Of a stretch of 64,000 nt of DNA, positions 1 through 8,043 are shown piece by piece. A program made the translations under genes and the position numbers. Location of the stretch: NCBI GenBank assembly GCA_963674965.2, contig CAXXFL010000007.1, positions 768,001 to 832,000 on the forward strand, read 5' to 3'. The DNA is from a bacterium (lineage in GTDB: Bacteria; RBG-13-61-14; DATKZS01). A model generated the notes under the pieces. The model was not told where the DNA came from. It was given only the letters and a program-made list of their open reading frames with translations, and ran no database searches. Position 1 is the stretch's first letter. Each line of letters starts with the position of its first letter.

Positions 1-17
1 TACCCCGGTCACCTTGT

Positions 18-88
18 AACCCGAGCTTACGCGCGGGCCTAATAGCTCGCGTCGCTAAAGCGCGCTCGGAAGCCCGATGAATCGGGCC
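18..88. repeat. REP-like palindromic element
   Basis: Inverted repeats CCGAGC(21-26)/GCTCGG(64-69) and GCCCGAT(72-78)/ATCGGGC(81-87). The internal GC-TTAC-GC motif resembles REP-type repeats. Confidence 0.45.
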
Positions 89-89
89 T

Positions 90-448
90 TTAAGGAATGC
101 CTGGACGGTGGCGCCGCGGGGTGGCCCATCAATATTGTCCTCAATGTGGAGGAGCTAAAAACAATCCATGCATTTTGGAAATAGCAATACTCAGCCCGCG
201 GCTACGTTACCCATGCATTTTGTGAAAAGATGGTCCACCCTGCGGAGTTCTTCGTTCCCCGGGGACTGTCCTGGGTCAAGATCGACAAGAACACCGGCCT
301 CCGCGCCCAGGAATGCACCCCCAAGGAGAACATCAGGACCGAGGTCTTCATCAAGGGAACGGCCCCCGACGAGGTATCTCCCTGCCCAGCTATAGAAGGA
401 ACCAATGCCGGCCACGACCGCGACCCCTTAAGCGAGCTGTATCGATAG
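90..448 (+). pseudogene. Remnant of the 3' end of a class A penicillin-binding protein (PBP1A) gene
   Basis: 230-448 encodes FFVPRGLSWVKIDKNTGLRA..C.P....EVFIKGTAP, a typical PBP1A C-terminal tail. A different frame at 90-228 reads RNAWTVA..PSILSSMWRS*KQSMHFGNSNTQPAATLPMHFVK, collinear with the PBP1A consensus RDAWFVG..PDLVAGVWVGYDD..SLG.GETG..AALPIW..FMK. In-frame TAA at 156-158 and a frameshift near 225-235. Confidence 0.65.
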
Positions 449-480
449 GCGATATTGACGTCGGAGCAAAAAAGATATTA

Positions 481-550
481 ACCGCAACGACGCGAAGAAA
501 ACAAAGGGCGTTCGGCTTTTTCTTCCCTTCGCGTTCTTGGCGATGCTTTG
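481..550. repeat. REP-like inverted repeat between convergent genes
   Basis: ACGCGAAG(490-497)/CTTCGCGT(527-534) within an ACCGCAA..ACGC.AAG...CTT.GCGTTCTT.GCG-type repeat. May also act as a terminator. Confidence 0.45.
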
Positions 551-562
551 GGAATGACCTTC

Positions 563-835
563 TCAGCGACTCTTCAGGAATTTATCCCGGCACTCCTCGG
601 AGCAGAAGTAGAGGGGCTTGCCCTCGTGGACCAGGTGGAGGGACGAGCCTTTTTCCACGTAGGTCCCGCACACGGGGTCCTTGAAGGTCTCGTCCGCCTC
701 GTGGGGGTCGAGGCCTTTTTTCTTTTCCTTGTCAGGGCCGCCTTGTCCGTCCTTCGGGCGGGGCGGGGCGAGGTTCTTTTTGATGGAGAGATAGCTCAGG
801 ATCGAGAAGAGCAGGAACAGGAGCAGCCTTCCCAT
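563..835 (-). CDS. YHS/TRASH metal-binding domain membrane protein
   Basis: N-terminal hydrophobic helix; DPVCGTYV...YFCSEECRDKF motif. Confidence 0.85.
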   Translation of the reverse strand: MGRLLLFLLFSILSYLSIKKNLAPPRPKDGQGGPDKEKKKGLDPHEADETFKDPVCGTYVEKGSSLHLVHEGKPLYFCSEECRDKFLKSR

Positions 836-836
836 G

Positions 837-1346
837 TCAGGGCTCCCGCCGCTTTCTCTTTTGAATCTTCACCTGGCCCGGGTCCTCGAGCCCGGCCAGA
901 AGCACCGAGACGGTTTTATCGAATATGGGATGCTTAAGGTCGGGAGCTATCTGCTCGAGGGGCTCGAGCACGAACCTTCTTTCATGCATGCGGGGATGGG
1001 GCACGGTCAGCTCGGGCGAGTCGATGACCTTTGCCTCCCAAACGAGGACGTCCAGGTCGATGACCCTGGGTCCGTCCTTTATCCTTTCCTCGGGGCGGCC
1101 CATGCTTCTCTCGATATCCTTTAGTCCGAGGTGGAAGGCGCGCGGGTCGAGGTCCGTTTCCACTCCCGCGGCCGCGTTTATAAACCAGGGCTGGTCCGCC
1201 ACCCCCTTGGGCTCGGTGCGGTAAAAGGACGAGACCGCGAAGACCCGTCCCAGCCCCTTCTCCTGGATCAGGGCGAGGGCCTTCTCGAGGTTTTTTTCCG
1301 GGTCGCCCAGGTTGGCGCCCAGCCCGATGTAGGTTTTGACCGAGAT
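837..1346 (-). CDS. folK: 2-amino-4-hydroxy-6-hydroxymethyldihydropteridine diphosphokinase (start uncertain; ATC at 1346 assumed)
   Basis: Reading upstream of the ORF call gives TYIGLGANLGD...SSFYRTEP, followed by QPWFINAA, GPRVIDLDVL and LTVPHPRMHERRFVLEPL. No ATG/GTG/TTG precedes the N-terminal motif. Confidence 0.9.
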   Translation of the reverse strand: MSVKTYIGLGANLGDPEKNLEKALALIQEKGLGRVFAVSSFYRTEPKGVADQPWFINAAAGVETDLDPRAFHLGLKDIERSMGRPEERIKDGPRVIDLDVLVWEAKVIDSPELTVPHPRMHERRFVLEPLEQIAPDLKHPIFDKTVSVLLAGLEDPGQVKIQKRKRREP

Positions 1347-1355
1347 GTCTTCCCC

Positions 1356-2537
1356 CTATCCGATGGCGCCGGAGTCGGACAAGTCCTTCATCCTTTTCAC
1401 GGCCTCCTTCATCCTTTCCTCGTCAACGATGAGGGCCATGCGGAAGTAGCCCTCCCCCTCCCGGCCGTAGCCGTTGCCGGGCGACGTCATAATGCCGGCC
1501 TTTTCCAGGAGCAGGGCCACCCACTCCTCGCTGGACATGCCGCCGGGGGTCTTGGCCCAGACGTAGAAGCTGCCCCTCGGTTTTTTGTACTCTATCTCGA
1601 GGGCGTCCAGGCCCCGGAGCAGGACGTCGCGCCGCTTCTGGTACATGGCGCGGAGCCTTTTCACGTCGTCCTCCCCCTTATTCATTGCCTCGATGGCCGC
1701 GGCCTGGACCGCCTCGAACGCCCCCGAGTCGATATTGCTTTTGATCTTGCCCAGGCCCGCTACGGCCATGGGCGCGCCGCAGGCGAAGCCTATGCGCCAT
1801 CCGGTCATGTTGTAGCTCTTGCTCATGGAGTGAAGCTCGATGACCCTGTCCATGGCCCCCTTTACCGCCAGGGCGCTGGGCGGCTCGAACCCGTCATAGG
1901 CCAGCTCCGAATAGGCGTTGTCGTGACAGACCAGGATATCGTGCTTATTCGCGAAGGCCACCACCCTCTCGAAGAAATCAAGATCGCAAGTGGCGGCCGT
2001 GGGATTGTTCGGATAATTCACGAAAATGAGCTTGGCCCGGCCCGCCACGTCCGAGGGAATGGCCTCCAGGTCCGGAAGAAAACCGTTCTCCTCCTCGAGG
2101 GGCATGATAAAAGACTTGCCGCCCGCGAACATGGTACCTATTTGGTAGACCGGATATGCCGGGCTGGGAACGAGAGCAACGTCCCCCGGGTTGATGAAGG
2201 CCAGGGGAAGATGGCCTATCCCCTCCTTGCTGCCGATCAGGCTGACCACGTCCTTGGACTCGATTTTGACGCCGAACCTCTTGTCCATCCAGGCCGCCGC
2301 CGACTCCCGAAAGGAGGCCATGCCGTAACTCGAGGGATACTGGTGATGGGCGGGATCGGCCAGGGCCCTGGCCCCCGCCTCGACTATATGCCCGGGAGTA
2401 GGCTGGTCGGGGTCGCCTATTCCCAGGTCGATAACGTCCACGCCCTTGGCCTTGGCCTTGCCCTTCATCTCGTCGAGACGGACGAAAAGGTAAGGCGGAA
2501 GACTTTTAACGCGGTCGGACAACTCCAATTTTGACAT
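1356..2537 (-). CDS. dapL: LL-diaminopimelate aminotransferase (class I PLP aminotransferase)
   Basis: LPPYLF, DLGIGDPD, SLIGSKEGI, NYPNNPT, HSMSKSYNMTGWRIG, KSNIDSG. AAGGAGG Shine-Dalgarno before ATG 2537. Confidence 0.85.
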   Translation of the reverse strand: MSKLELSDRVKSLPPYLFVRLDEMKGKAKAKGVDVIDLGIGDPDQPTPGHIVEAGARALADPAHHQYPSSYGMASFRESAAAWMDKRFGVKIESKDVVSLIGSKEGIGHLPLAFINPGDVALVPSPAYPVYQIGTMFAGGKSFIMPLEEENGFLPDLEAIPSDVAGRAKLIFVNYPNNPTAATCDLDFFERVVAFANKHDILVCHDNAYSELAYDGFEPPSALAVKGAMDRVIELHSMSKSYNMTGWRIGFACGAPMAVAGLGKIKSNIDSGAFEAVQAAAIEAMNKGEDDVKRLRAMYQKRRDVLLRGLDALEIEYKKPRGSFYVWAKTPGGMSSEEWVALLLEKAGIMTSPGNGYGREGEGYFRMALIVDEERMKEAVKRMKDLSDSGAIG

Positions 2538-2571
2538 CTTGATCGAAACCTCCTTGCTGTGGATCAATGGC

Positions 2572-2600
2572 ATGGTAACTGAATACCCCGTTTTTATCAA
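2572..2600 (-). promoter_or_regulatory. Putative sigma70 promoter for dapL-folK
   Basis: TTGATA-N17-TACCAT on the minus strand, about 35 nt upstream of the start. Confidence 0.55.
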
Positions 2601-2688
2601 GAACGGAAATGATGGAGTCGATTGGAACTGGACTCGGCCCGCCGTATGAGAAATAGGCCAATATAAAGGTTTTCCCGCTTTAACGCGC

Positions 2689-2718
2689 GGAGGGCGGACT
2701 CTTTTGAATCCGCCCTCC
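2689..2718 (-). terminator. Hairpin downstream of the anti-sigma gene
   Basis: 10-bp stem GGAGGGCGGA/TCCGCCCTCC; weak U-tract. Confidence 0.45.
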
Positions 2719-2743
2719 CAAGGGTTTGGCTTCCCTTATAAGG

Positions 2744-3508
2744 TCAGTTGGCCGACGAGGTCACGGGACCGGTGGGGGAAGGAAGTTTCCTTATATAGAT
2801 CGGATACCTGGCCATGGCTTCCCGCAGGGTCTGGGGCATTTCTCCGCCGGCCATCTCGATGTTGGCCTGGATTACGGGGAACTCGACCGGGTCCATGAGC
2901 ACCTCGAAGAGGTACACGTGGGTATCGATAAGGACCCCGTTGCCGCGAGGATGGGGAATGGGCTTGTATTTACTCAACTCGGGGTCGTTCTTTATGACGG
3001 AAAGCAGAAACTCGGTGGGCGTCTCGACCACCAGGGGCTCGGGGTTGGTTCCCACCAGCTTGGCCGTAACCGCGTGGGTGTCACCGTCCAGGTCGTCGTA
3101 AGCAGGCTGGATGGCGGCGATTTTTCCATCCGGGACCCCGTGGTTCTTGCCGGCCTGGTTTCCCGCGCCTATGGCGATTATCAAGGCGAACACGGCGGCG
3201 GCCGCGGCCGTCATGGCGCGAAGGGGAATGGCCTCGAGTCCCCGGTCGAGCGCCTTGGCCGCCCTCTTCCACCACGGCGTTTGGGCCATCTCGATTCTTT
3301 GCTGGAGGGCAAGGACAAAATTGGGAGGGGCCTTGATTTCATCGAGTCCCCTTAGGACGGCGCGGGTAAAGGAAAGGCCGTCGAACTCTTTTTTGCATAA
3401 TGGGCAGATTTTGAGATGATCGTCGATTTTTCTCATTAGAGCCGCTTCCAGACGACCGTCCAGGTACTCTGAAAAATGCTCGCGAAGATTGTCACATCCC
3501 ATTCCCAT
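2744..3508 (-). CDS. Zinc-binding anti-sigma factor (zf-HC2) with TM helix
   Basis: FSEYLDGRL...HLKICPLC (HxxxCxxC), a central hydrophobic helix, and position directly downstream of an ECF sigma gene. Confidence 0.85.
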   Translation of the reverse strand: MGMGCDNLREHFSEYLDGRLEAALMRKIDDHLKICPLCKKEFDGLSFTRAVLRGLDEIKAPPNFVLALQQRIEMAQTPWWKRAAKALDRGLEAIPLRAMTAAAAAVFALIIAIGAGNQAGKNHGVPDGKIAAIQPAYDDLDGDTHAVTAKLVGTNPEPLVVETPTEFLLSVIKNDPELSKYKPIPHPRGNGVLIDTHVYLFEVLMDPVEFPVIQANIEMAGGEMPQTLREAMARYPIYIRKLPSPTGPVTSSAN

Positions 3509-3552
3509 CTCACCTCGAATTAGATTTATACCGTTTTAGAGCCATCTCTTAT

Positions 3553-3580
3553 CAAGACAATGGTTGGCACGAAAAGTTCC
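3553..3580 (-). promoter_or_regulatory. Putative ECF (sigmaE-type) promoter for the anti-sigma gene
   Basis: Minus strand reads GGAACTT-ttcgtgccaaccatt-GTCTTG, matching the GAACTT-N16-TC consensus. Confidence 0.55.
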
Positions 3581-3678
3581 TTAATTTCCATTTTTTCGCC
3601 ACATGTTCGCCACATTTTCTTTCCATCTGTCCTCAGGTCGCGTCCCGCCGGAGTTAACTATCGATAATATTTTAGAAA

Positions 3679-4473
3679 TCAGCTATCGGTCTGAACGGCC
3701 ATTTTCTCCTCGAGTATCTTTTTCAGTTCCATCCTGGCCCGGTGAATACGGGACTTGACCGTGCCCACCTTGATTTTCAGCACCTCGGCTATCTCCTCGT
3801 AAGACAGGTCCTGGATGTCCCGGAGCACGATACAGACGCGATGGTCTTCATCCAACTCGGCTATGGCCGCCTGCACGACCGTCTGGATTTCCTGCCCGCC
3901 GATAATATCCTCGGGGCTGGGCGACTCGTCCTCGAACTCGAAGTAGACCTCACCGTCCTTTATCTCCTGGGGCTGATCCATGGATATGGAACCGAAATAG
4001 TTGCGGCGGCCAAGATACTTGAGCCGGTTCTTGCAGTGATTTACCGTGACCCGGAATATCCAGGTGGAAAACATCGAGTCGCCCCTGAAGTTTTTCAGCG
4101 ACTTATGGACCGTGAGGAATACTTCCTGCGCCATGTCCTGGGCTTCGTGCTTGTCGCCGAGCACCCTGAAACAAAGGTTGTGGACTTTATGCTGGTACTT
4201 GATCACCAGCGAGGTAAAGGCCTTCTGGTCACCCTCGAGGAACCTGGCGATAAGGTCCATGTCCTCCTCCGCCCCGGAGGACCACTCGGAGCGTGACTCT
4301 TCTTCGGGTACGGGCCGGTCAAGGCCCTCTTCTTCATCCGGATATTCCTCGCCCTCATCCCGGTCTTCCTCGTCTTCCGGGGGAGGAGCGTTCTCGGCTT
4401 TATCCAGTTCCTCCCGGTCCTTTTCGGATTCAAGGCTCTTTTCGTCCGAGCCGCCCCGGGGTTTTTTCGCCAT
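3679..4473 (-). CDS. ECF RNA polymerase sigma factor (RpoE/SigW-like) with acidic N-terminal extension; start uncertain
   Basis: Region 2 AQDMAQEVFL..FRGDSMFSTWIFRVTVN; region 4 LSYEEIAEVLKIKVGTVKSRIHRAR. Confidence 0.9.
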   Translation of the reverse strand: MAKKPRGGSDEKSLESEKDREELDKAENAPPPEDEEDRDEGEEYPDEEEGLDRPVPEEESRSEWSSGAEEDMDLIARFLEGDQKAFTSLVIKYQHKVHNLCFRVLGDKHEAQDMAQEVFLTVHKSLKNFRGDSMFSTWIFRVTVNHCKNRLKYLGRRNYFGSISMDQPQEIKDGEVYFEFEDESPSPEDIIGGQEIQTVVQAAIAELDEDHRVCIVLRDIQDLSYEEIAEVLKIKVGTVKSRIHRARMELKKILEEKMAVQTDS

Positions 4474-4965
4474 ATGCATAAGGCCCGCGCCCATGTCAGT
4501 CTCTAATCTTTGCCGGGACGCGAAAAACAGGCGTCCCATCTCGAAAATCCACGATAACTTTCGAGATTCTCTCGACAATCCAAAAGGAGCCGGATGTAGC
4601 TGGACTATGGTCATGGCGATAGGCAAGGGTGAAGACACGGGCGCTGGCCAAGCCCGTATCTCGCTTGCTCGTTAACGGATTGTATACTCTTTCCCGCGAA
4701 GGGGCAAACTTGGACGATTGAAAGACAAGGTCGGCAATTGAACCAGGTGTAGGTAAAAAAAGCATCTGCCTTTTGACGCCGTAAGCCGGAAAAAGTGCCC
4801 TCCCATTCAAAACAAGCCGCCGTCCAACTTCCAAAGCATGGGTAAATAATTCTCCGCGAGTTCTTAAATATCACAAATTAAACGCATTTCTTTAAAAGGC
4901 GCCGAGAGAATTTGATAGTTCGATGAAGTTATGGGATTATCGGCCCTGTTTTTCGTAGAAAAAAA

Positions 4966-6501
4966 ATGACTTCCGGCAATACAGTCTATTTAAGAGGAGA
5001 CCTATTACCGATGGCGCTGATTTTCCTTTGCGGCGCTCTGGTATTGGGAATTACGTGCCTTTTCTTTCCGACCGTTACTTATGACGGGCTTCTTTACCTG
5101 GAGTTGGCAAAGAACATCCCCGGCGACGGGTTCGTCATCCTGGGGTATCCTCATCAGAAGTTCTTGCCCCTTTACCCCGCCATCTTCGGATACCTTGATT
5201 ACATTACCGGCGGGTCCCTCGGTTTACAAACCTGGGCCTACGCCGTAAACGTGGCCGGCCTGTCCCTGGCTTCTTCGCTTGCTTACGCCGCCTCGAGGTC
5301 CCTCGGCGCCTCCAGAGTCATGGCGGCCGCGGCCGCGGCGCCCCTTATCATCGGGTTCGTGGCCCTGGACCAGTGCCGCGACGTGAGCGTCATGCCCCTT
5401 TACACGTGCCTGGTCGCGGCGGTCTTTTTCTTTCTTGCCCGACGTTTGACTTTCGTGGCCGGCCTTTTCATGGGCCTGGCCGCGACCACGCGCTACGAGA
5501 TATACCTTTTCATACCTTTCCTTTTTATCGCAAATTCAAGGCCCTTGTTTCACGCGGCTCGAGCTTTTTTGCAGGACAAGGATAAAACGGGGCCGGATAT
5601 ATCAATTCCCGAATCCGAACAAGACGGGCCCGCCATGGGTCCGAGCGAGTTGGCCCTTACAATGGCGGGATTTATAATAACGGCCTCTCCCTGGTGGATC
5701 AGAAATCTCCTGGCTTACGACCACGCCATCCATACCAAGTACTTCACGGAGATTTTTTATCTCAAGTTCCACCTGGCGCCTATGGCCTGGGACCTCATTA
5801 AATACGGCGGCCTTGGGGTCATCGCCGCCCTGGCGGGAATCATCCTCTTGAAGGGGGCCTGGAGGATTTACCTTGGCGGCTATGTCCTTTTATACCTGGG
5901 CGTGCACGTCTTTTGGTGGTGGTACGACTCGAGGTTCATTTTAGCCGCGGCCCCCCCGCTAACGATATTGGCCGCCAAAGGTCTGGACGCCGCGCTTAAA
6001 TGGACCGCGGCAAAACTTCCCGCCTCCAATCAAGGCGCTCTCAAAGCCGCGCTCGCCTCGCTCGCGCTTTTTCCCGTCGCGCTCTGGGGAGGATCATACC
6101 TCCACGCGGCTGCCAAGGCCCCTGCCGACCCGCTCAAGATGGCCGAACCGACTCTCAGGTCCCTTCCCCCCGACGCCGCCCTGATGGGAGGAAACTTCTT
6201 TTTGCTTTACGCCTACTCGGGACACATGGCCTACACCTGGGAGGAAATGCCTGAAGGCCATGACCCTCACCGTTTCGTTCTGGATCGCTACGAGTCGGGA
6301 AAGGTGAGGTTTTTGGTCTGGTCCAACTATAACCCCAACGACTCGCGCGATTTCGGCTTTCTCGCGGATGGTCTTCCCCACAAGGCCCACGTCAATGGAC
6401 CGGGCGGGTTTTTCATCGTTTATTATTTCCCTTACTCCGAGCATGGAGACGGGGCAAGGATTGTCCGCGTATATGAGGTGAAAGTCAAAAAGGAAAATTG
6501 A
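4966..6501 (+). CDS. Polytopic membrane glycosyltransferase (GT-C/ArnT-PMT-like)
   Basis: Many TM helices; TYDGLLYLELAKNI, PLYP and GLAATTRYE motifs. Confidence 0.7.
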   Translation: MTSGNTVYLRGDLLPMALIFLCGALVLGITCLFFPTVTYDGLLYLELAKNIPGDGFVILGYPHQKFLPLYPAIFGYLDYITGGSLGLQTWAYAVNVAGLSLASSLAYAASRSLGASRVMAAAAAAPLIIGFVALDQCRDVSVMPLYTCLVAAVFFFLARRLTFVAGLFMGLAATTRYEIYLFIPFLFIANSRPLFHAARAFLQDKDKTGPDISIPESEQDGPAMGPSELALTMAGFIITASPWWIRNLLAYDHAIHTKYFTEIFYLKFHLAPMAWDLIKYGGLGVIAALAGIILLKGAWRIYLGGYVLLYLGVHVFWWWYDSRFILAAAPPLTILAAKGLDAALKWTAAKLPASNQGALKAALASLALFPVALWGGSYLHAAAKAPADPLKMAEPTLRSLPPDAALMGGNFFLLYAYSGHMAYTWEEMPEGHDPHRFVLDRYESGKVRFLVWSNYNPNDSRDFGFLADGLPHKAHVNGPGGFFIVYYFPYSEHGDGARIVRVYEVKVKKEN

Positions 6502-6587
6502 CCCGGCCTCGGCCTTGCGCGGCCTGGACCATTATGGGATTATCTCTATTTGCCCGGCGGCCATGTTCCGCTTCGCGCCCCATTCAG

Positions 6588-8024
6588 ATGAAGAACTCTA
6601 ACGCATACTCCGACGCTCGTATCGCCGCCCTAGTTTTCACGGTCTCCCTGGCGGCCTACGCGGCGCTTTGCGCGGCTTTTCAAGGGTTTACGCCCGACGG
6701 CTTCGTCTATATGGAGCTGGCCAAAAATATTCCCGAGTCCGGATATAAAGTGCTTGGCGAGCCGCACGAGAAGTTCCTGCCCCTGTACCCGGCGCTCATG
6801 GCCCTCTTCAACCTGGTTACGGCCAAGGCCCTGGGGGTAGATTTCTGGGGATACGCCATCAGCGTGACGAGCGGGGCCGTCCTGCCTCCCATCGTATTCC
6901 TCATGGCCGGGAGGATGGGGACGTCGAGAACCTTCGCTCTTTTCGCCGCGGTCCTCCAGGCCCTGTCGGCCCTCGGGCTTCACCAGTACGCCGACGTCAA
7001 CGTTATTCCCCTTTTCACCGCCCTCCTCATGGCGGCCCTGTTTCTGGCCCAGCGGGAAAATTACTTCTGGGCGGGAGTCGCCGCGGGCCTGGCCGCCACC
7101 ACAAGGTATGAAGTCTACCTTCTTCTTCCCATATTTTTATTGATCAATATCAAAAAGCCGGGAGTAATGGCCCGGGCCGCGGCTGGCTTTATCCTGGCGG
7201 CTTCCCCCTGGTACGCCAGAAACCTCCTGACCTACGGCCATTTGATTCACACTTACTACATGGCGGAGATGACCGCGCCCGGTTTCCATTTATTCGGCAT
7301 CCTGGAGGGACTTCTCACCCAGACCGGTCCCGTCATCCTGGTCGCCGCCGCCTTCGGGCTTAAGAGAATCGATCGGGGCATTGCCATATTATTCGCGTCC
7401 TTCATCGTCCTTTATATTGGACTTCACTCCTGGTGGTGGTGGTACAGCCACCGTTTCCTGTTGACTCTCAATCCCATATTTTTGGTCATGGCCGCTCCCG
7501 GACTGGAATCCATGATCGAGGCATTGAAAAAGAAAATTCATTTAAGGCCGAGGCTTATAAGCGGCCTGACCATGGCCGGCGCCGCCGCTCCCGTGGTTTT
7601 CGTGAGCATATATTACGTGGCGGCCGCCTCCTTTGCCCAACCCGACCCCTACTGCCGGGCGGCCATGGACGCGAGTCGAGAGCCGCCGGCGAAAAAGCTT
7701 ATCGGCTCGAGCCCGCTCATGCTCGAGTATTACGGAAAACGCGAGGCCTTTGCCTTCGACGAGATCAAGGAGGGTGAAGACCCCCACGAAAAAATCCTTC
7801 GGCGTTATCTTCAAGACGGCGTAAGGCTGGCGGTCTGGATGGATAAGGCCCCTCTTGACGTTTCAGAGTACGGCTATCTGGCCGGGGGAAAAAACGTGAA
7901 GGCCGCGGCGCGAACTGCCTCGGCGAGCTACGACCTGTACTATATCTTCATTCGGGAATACGTGGGGCAGGGAAAAAATGTATATCTTTACGAGCTAAAG
8001 GCGCGCGAGGTCAAAGTGAAATAG
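6588..8024 (+). CDS. Polytopic membrane glycosyltransferase (GT-C-like), paralog of the upstream gene; alternative TTG start at 6498
   Basis: TPDGFVYMELAKNI, KFLPLYPA, GLAATTRYE, ASPWYARNLL and WWWYSHRF are shared with 4966-6501. Confidence 0.7.
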   Translation: MKNSNAYSDARIAALVFTVSLAAYAALCAAFQGFTPDGFVYMELAKNIPESGYKVLGEPHEKFLPLYPALMALFNLVTAKALGVDFWGYAISVTSGAVLPPIVFLMAGRMGTSRTFALFAAVLQALSALGLHQYADVNVIPLFTALLMAALFLAQRENYFWAGVAAGLAATTRYEVYLLLPIFLLINIKKPGVMARAAAGFILAASPWYARNLLTYGHLIHTYYMAEMTAPGFHLFGILEGLLTQTGPVILVAAAFGLKRIDRGIAILFASFIVLYIGLHSWWWWYSHRFLLTLNPIFLVMAAPGLESMIEALKKKIHLRPRLISGLTMAGAAAPVVFVSIYYVAAASFAQPDPYCRAAMDASREPPAKKLIGSSPLMLEYYGKREAFAFDEIKEGEDPHEKILRRYLQDGVRLAVWMDKAPLDVSEYGYLAGGKNVKAAARTASASYDLYYIFIREYVGQGKNVYLYELKAREVKVK

Positions 8025-8043
8025 TCTTGACAATTGGTCCCCC

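Noticed and set aside
1131-2534. 467-aa ORF antisense to dapL/folK
   Set aside because: Shadow ORF from GC-rich codon bias; no motifs, and the opposite strand encodes clear enzymes.
3564-3582. TGGCACG resembling a sigma54 -24 box (similar at about 21760)
   Set aside because: No TTGC at the required -12 spacing in either case.
4474-4638. Longer N-terminus for the ECF sigma, as in the ORF track
   Set aside because: Does not look protein-like, lacks a clear ribosome-binding site, and lies in the divergent promoter region.
4700-4775. GGCAAAC...GAAAG...GCAA resembling a c-di-GMP-I riboswitch
   Set aside because: Stem pairing is poor, and the GACGCAAA and CTAA tetraloop-receptor elements are missing; a covariance-model search would be needed.
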